This document shows positions 60,500-64,000 of a stretch of 64,000 nt of DNA, piece after piece. Made by a program: the position numbers and the translations under genes. Below the pieces are notes generated by a model. The model worked only from the letters and a program-made list of their open reading frames with translations. It did not search any database and had not been told where the DNA came from. The stretch lies in NCBI GenBank assembly GCA_002269645.1, contig NIVC01003304.1, positions 41,016-105,015 of the forward strand, in the 5' to 3' direction. The DNA is from Macrostomum lignano (Eukaryota). How positions within the stretch are numbered: the first letter of the stretch is position 1; each line of letters opens with the position of its first letter.

Positions 60500-60824
60500 C
60501 TGTCTCCTCAGTCTGGAACCAGGCGGCGCGGTGAACACGCCAGCCCCGCGGAGGTGTTAGCCGCAATAGACACGGAATAGTTGGTGAAGGGCCACAGCCC
60601 GGTCAAGTTGCGACAGGTAGCGTTGGCGTCAATACCGAGGCTGCCGCCGCCGCCGCCGCCGTCACCGCCGCCATCAGCGCCCGGACGCTGGATCGGCCGC
60701 CACCGCAGGGTGAAACCGGCAAGGCGGCCGTTCCAGGCGGCCCGAGGCGGCGGCCGCCAGCAGAAGCGGAGTGAGGCGGCGGTGCGCGACGCCAGCGCCA
60801 AATCCAAGGGCGCGGCGCTTGGCG
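60500..60824 (-). CDS. Lar: LAR-family RPTP FN3 exon, 2 nt short
   Basis: PSAAPLDL...FCWRPPP...NGRLAGFTLRW...TGLWPFTNYSVSIAANTSAG. Terminal QTEET|G is in a shifted frame. Confidence 0.8.
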
Positions 60825-61064
60825 CTGAGTTCAGTTTATTAAGTTTTTCGTATTGCAGTTTATAACACATATTTACGAGCAGTTGCAGGTTAATGCGAAA
60901 TGGGATTTCAGGATTGGATGCAGTGAGTAGGGGTGAAGGAATTCCTTTGTTACATGGGAAAAGCTACAAAAATGAGAGAAAAACGCGCATTGTGCAGGTT
61001 GCAAAAATAGGATGATTGAACGCTTGCGCGGCAGCTATAGCTGCACTTCTTACTCATAACAGGT

Positions 61065-61775
61065 AGCTGAATGACTCATTCAACTGATCTGTTGGATGAC
61101 TCATTCAACTGACCAGCTCGATGACTCATTATTACTAATCAGCTCGATGACTCATTCATATTGACCAGCTCGATGACTCATCATTACTAATCAGCTCGAT
61201 GACTCATTCATATTGACCAGCTCGATGACTCATTCAACTGATCTGCTGGATGACTCATTCATATTGACCAGCTCGATGACTCATTCAACTGACCAGCTCG
61301 ATGACTCATTCAACTGATCTGCTGGATGACTCATTCATATTGACCAGCTCGATGACTCATTCAACTGATCTGCTGGATGACTCATTAAACTGACCAGCTC
61401 GATGACTCATTATTACTAATCAGCTCGATGACTCATTCAACTGACCAGCTCGATGACTCATTATTACTAATCAGCTCGATGACTCATTCAACTGACCAGC
61501 TCGATGACTCATTCATATTGACCAGCTCGATGACTCATTATTACTGATCAGCTCGATGACTCATCCAACTGATCTGCTGGATGACTCATTTAACTGATTA
61601 GCTCGATGACTCATTCATATTGACAAAGCTGGATGACTCATTCAACTGACCAGCTCGATGACTCATTCATATTGACAAAGCTGGATGACTCATTCATACT
61701 GACCAGCTCGATAACTCATTCTTACTGGTTAGTTTGATGACTCATCCAACTGATCGGCTGAATGACTCATTAAAC
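61065..61775 (+). repeat. 25-bp minisatellite GATGACTCATTCAACTGACCAGCTC
   Basis: About 28 units. Confidence 0.95.
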
Positions 61776-62187
61776 TAAATAATTTAACATGCACTGCAAT
61801 CAGTATGATTTGCGTCTAGATGATTTCAGGGTTAGAAAAGCAAACTCAAAATATGCATTTTTGTTAACCGAAAAAAATTTATATGCCAGTGCTTATCAAG
61901 CTTTGGTTAGCTCGAAATTTTATAACTTTATTTAAATCAGTCCTGATAAATGAAACAGAATCAGTCTAAAGATAAATAAAATATCTAAGTCTATGAATAA
62001 AAATAAGGATGCTACATAAGCGACTTCGCGATTAATTCGTTTAAAAAAATTGGTCATTAAACGCATGAATTTGGCTATACTACGCTAACATTATTCCCTT
62101 AATATAAAAATAAATACTTCTGATTGGCTACTTGCCTTAAACTATTTAGTTATACACGCATCATTGCCTAGGAATGATTTTGGCTGG

Positions 62188-62515
62188 ACACCCACCTCAC
62201 TCCGCACGGCTAGACACCCACCTCACTCCGCACGGCTAGACACCCACCTCACTCCGCATGGCTAGACACCCACCTCACTCCGCACGGCTAGACACCCACC
62301 TCACTCCGCACGGCTAGACACCCACCTCACTCCGCATGGCTAGACACCCACCTCACTCCGCACGGCTAGACACCCACCTCACTCCGCACGGCTAGACACC
62401 CACCTCACTCCGCATGGCTGGACACCCACCTCACTCCGCACAGCTAGACACCCACCTCACTCCGCACGGCTAGACACCCACCTCACTCCGCACGGCTAGA
62501 CACCCACCTCACTCC
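62188..62515 (+). repeat. 26-bp minisatellite ACACCCACCTCACTCCGCACGGCTAG
   Basis: About 12 units. Confidence 0.95.
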
Positions 62516-62656
62516 TCGCACAAATTATAATTTAACATTACAGATTGCAGCGAGTTTGAAACGAAATGCGAATTAAAGAACGATTTTCAAAATATAACTT
62601 TGTTTGTGTTTTTTAATCTAAATATCCCCGTTAAATAGTAGATCAAAGGTACTCAC

Positions 62657-62962
62657 TGAACTCCATAGTCTTGCAGACGACAGTATCCGTTGACATGCCC
62701 GACTGCCTTGGACATTAATTGGCGTCAGCTGCATATGATAACTGTGCTCGCCTCAGATTTCTGAGCATATAGCCGTCTCCGGTTTGGCCTCTATAGAAAT
62801 TTCCGCCTCCTCCCGTTGGTGTCATCGTAGCTGGCCGAGGACTTGTAGGACAGCACGTAGCTGGCCACCCGCCGCTGTCCTGGTCCAGCAGCGGGTCCCA
62901 GTACACCTGAATCGTGTTCGCGTCCATCGACAAGCATTGGAATCCTTTGGGCTGCGAGGCCA
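62657..62962 (-). CDS. Lar: LAR-family RPTP FN3 exon with about six 1-bp deletions; gene continues beyond the window
   Basis: VASQPKGFQC...IQVYWDP, RVASYVLSYK, GYMLRNLR, YHMQLTPINVQG and VVCKTMEF are found in successive frames. Acceptor ccgcag|, donor A|GTGAGT. Confidence 0.7.
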
Positions 62963-64000
62963 CTGCGGAGCGCAAAGGGAGGAGACGAATTTCCGGTGTT
63001 AAAAAAGTTCTGTTCGGTTTGGCCAATACAAGCTACTGACAATAGAGTAGTATGAGTGACAAGTGTACGTACGCAAAGTCTGTAAAGAATAGCTAAACAT
63101 CTCCTATCATCGTCCTTTGTTTTTGGGTCATTTTGATGTCAAGTTGCGCTTGCAAAATAGAATATTATTAATAAACAGTTTTTCATAGCGCGCGCAAAAA
63201 AAGTAATTGATTACGCGCAGTATGCTACTGACGCATGCCGACGCCAGTAATAGAATGGTACGCGAGCGCGCGCTATTTTTTTAATTATCAGGGCGATGAG
63301 AAGAGTTGCGATTGAATTTTAACGTACCTGTCTGCCGTACGATTGCTAATAGCTCAAAAATCATAATTAATACACAAAAATCTAAGCTCCGAGTAAGACT
63401 AAAATCGACATTTATTCTAGAAAAAAAACATTAGTTATTACAGATTCTCAAAATGTTAATCTAATAAAACAAATGTTAGTAATTGAATCTGAATTTATTA
63501 GTAGAGAAAAAGAACAGATAAACAAATTCTAACAACAATCGTTGCGTTTTTTCTGCTAATAAAATTAATCTAAGCTAAATAGACAATAGAGACTCAGATA
63601 ATTGCTATATAGTTATTTGATTTATTCTAGAATGAGAGAAAAGAAAAAATCTAATTTGCTAAGGCCACAACACACATCTAAATTATGCCGAGGTGCATCA
63701 ATAAATATAACAAAATTGAGTTTTGGTGCAGTACTAAGAGAGTAACAGGTGGGTAAGGTTAAATACATATTTCCCAGTCAGCGGGAAATCAGGCTCTCAC
63801 CGTGCTGGTCTAGCGGGTTTGGCAAGAAGGAATTTTTAAAAAATAATATTTGACGATGCTCGTTATATAAAAAATTTAAACGCGCGCAAACAGCCGGTGT
63901 TTTTACAGGTATGCGGGTTCAGAGGGTTCAGCTGCTTGCTTGTGTAAAGGAATTTGATGATGAAGAATAAAAGGAATATCGTAGTTGCTATGTGCGCGGC

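Overview
Animal genomic DNA with spliceosomal introns and GC-rich exons, in which most larger introns hold their own minisatellite array. The style resembles a repeat-rich invertebrate such as the flatworm Macrostomum (inference, not verified). Contents from left to right: (1) an unidentified multi-exon minus-strand gene (about 400-8291); (2) an intronless RGG + vWA gene with Ro60/TROVE-like architecture, broken by one frameshift (15446-17183); (3) a decayed piggyBac transposase (17873-19598); (4) a lachesin/IgLON-like three-Ig GPI-anchored gene (22932-28289, minus); (5) intronless pICln (31082-31639); (6) the 3' part of a LAR-family receptor tyrosine phosphatase (FN3 repeats, TM, PTP D1 and D2; 34531-62962, minus; the 5' end lies beyond the window). 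About 30 distinct tandem arrays and two tRNA-derived SINE families fill the rest. The best leads are intronic signal-peptide starts that would give short LAR isoforms, a WPD (not WPE) loop in the LAR D2 domain, the Ro60-like protein, a minisatellite that appears to have amplified from a splice donor, and a SINE family I could not name. Many single-base deletions in LAR exons look like long-read consensus errors rather than pseudogenisation. There is no CRISPR array or prokaryotic system.
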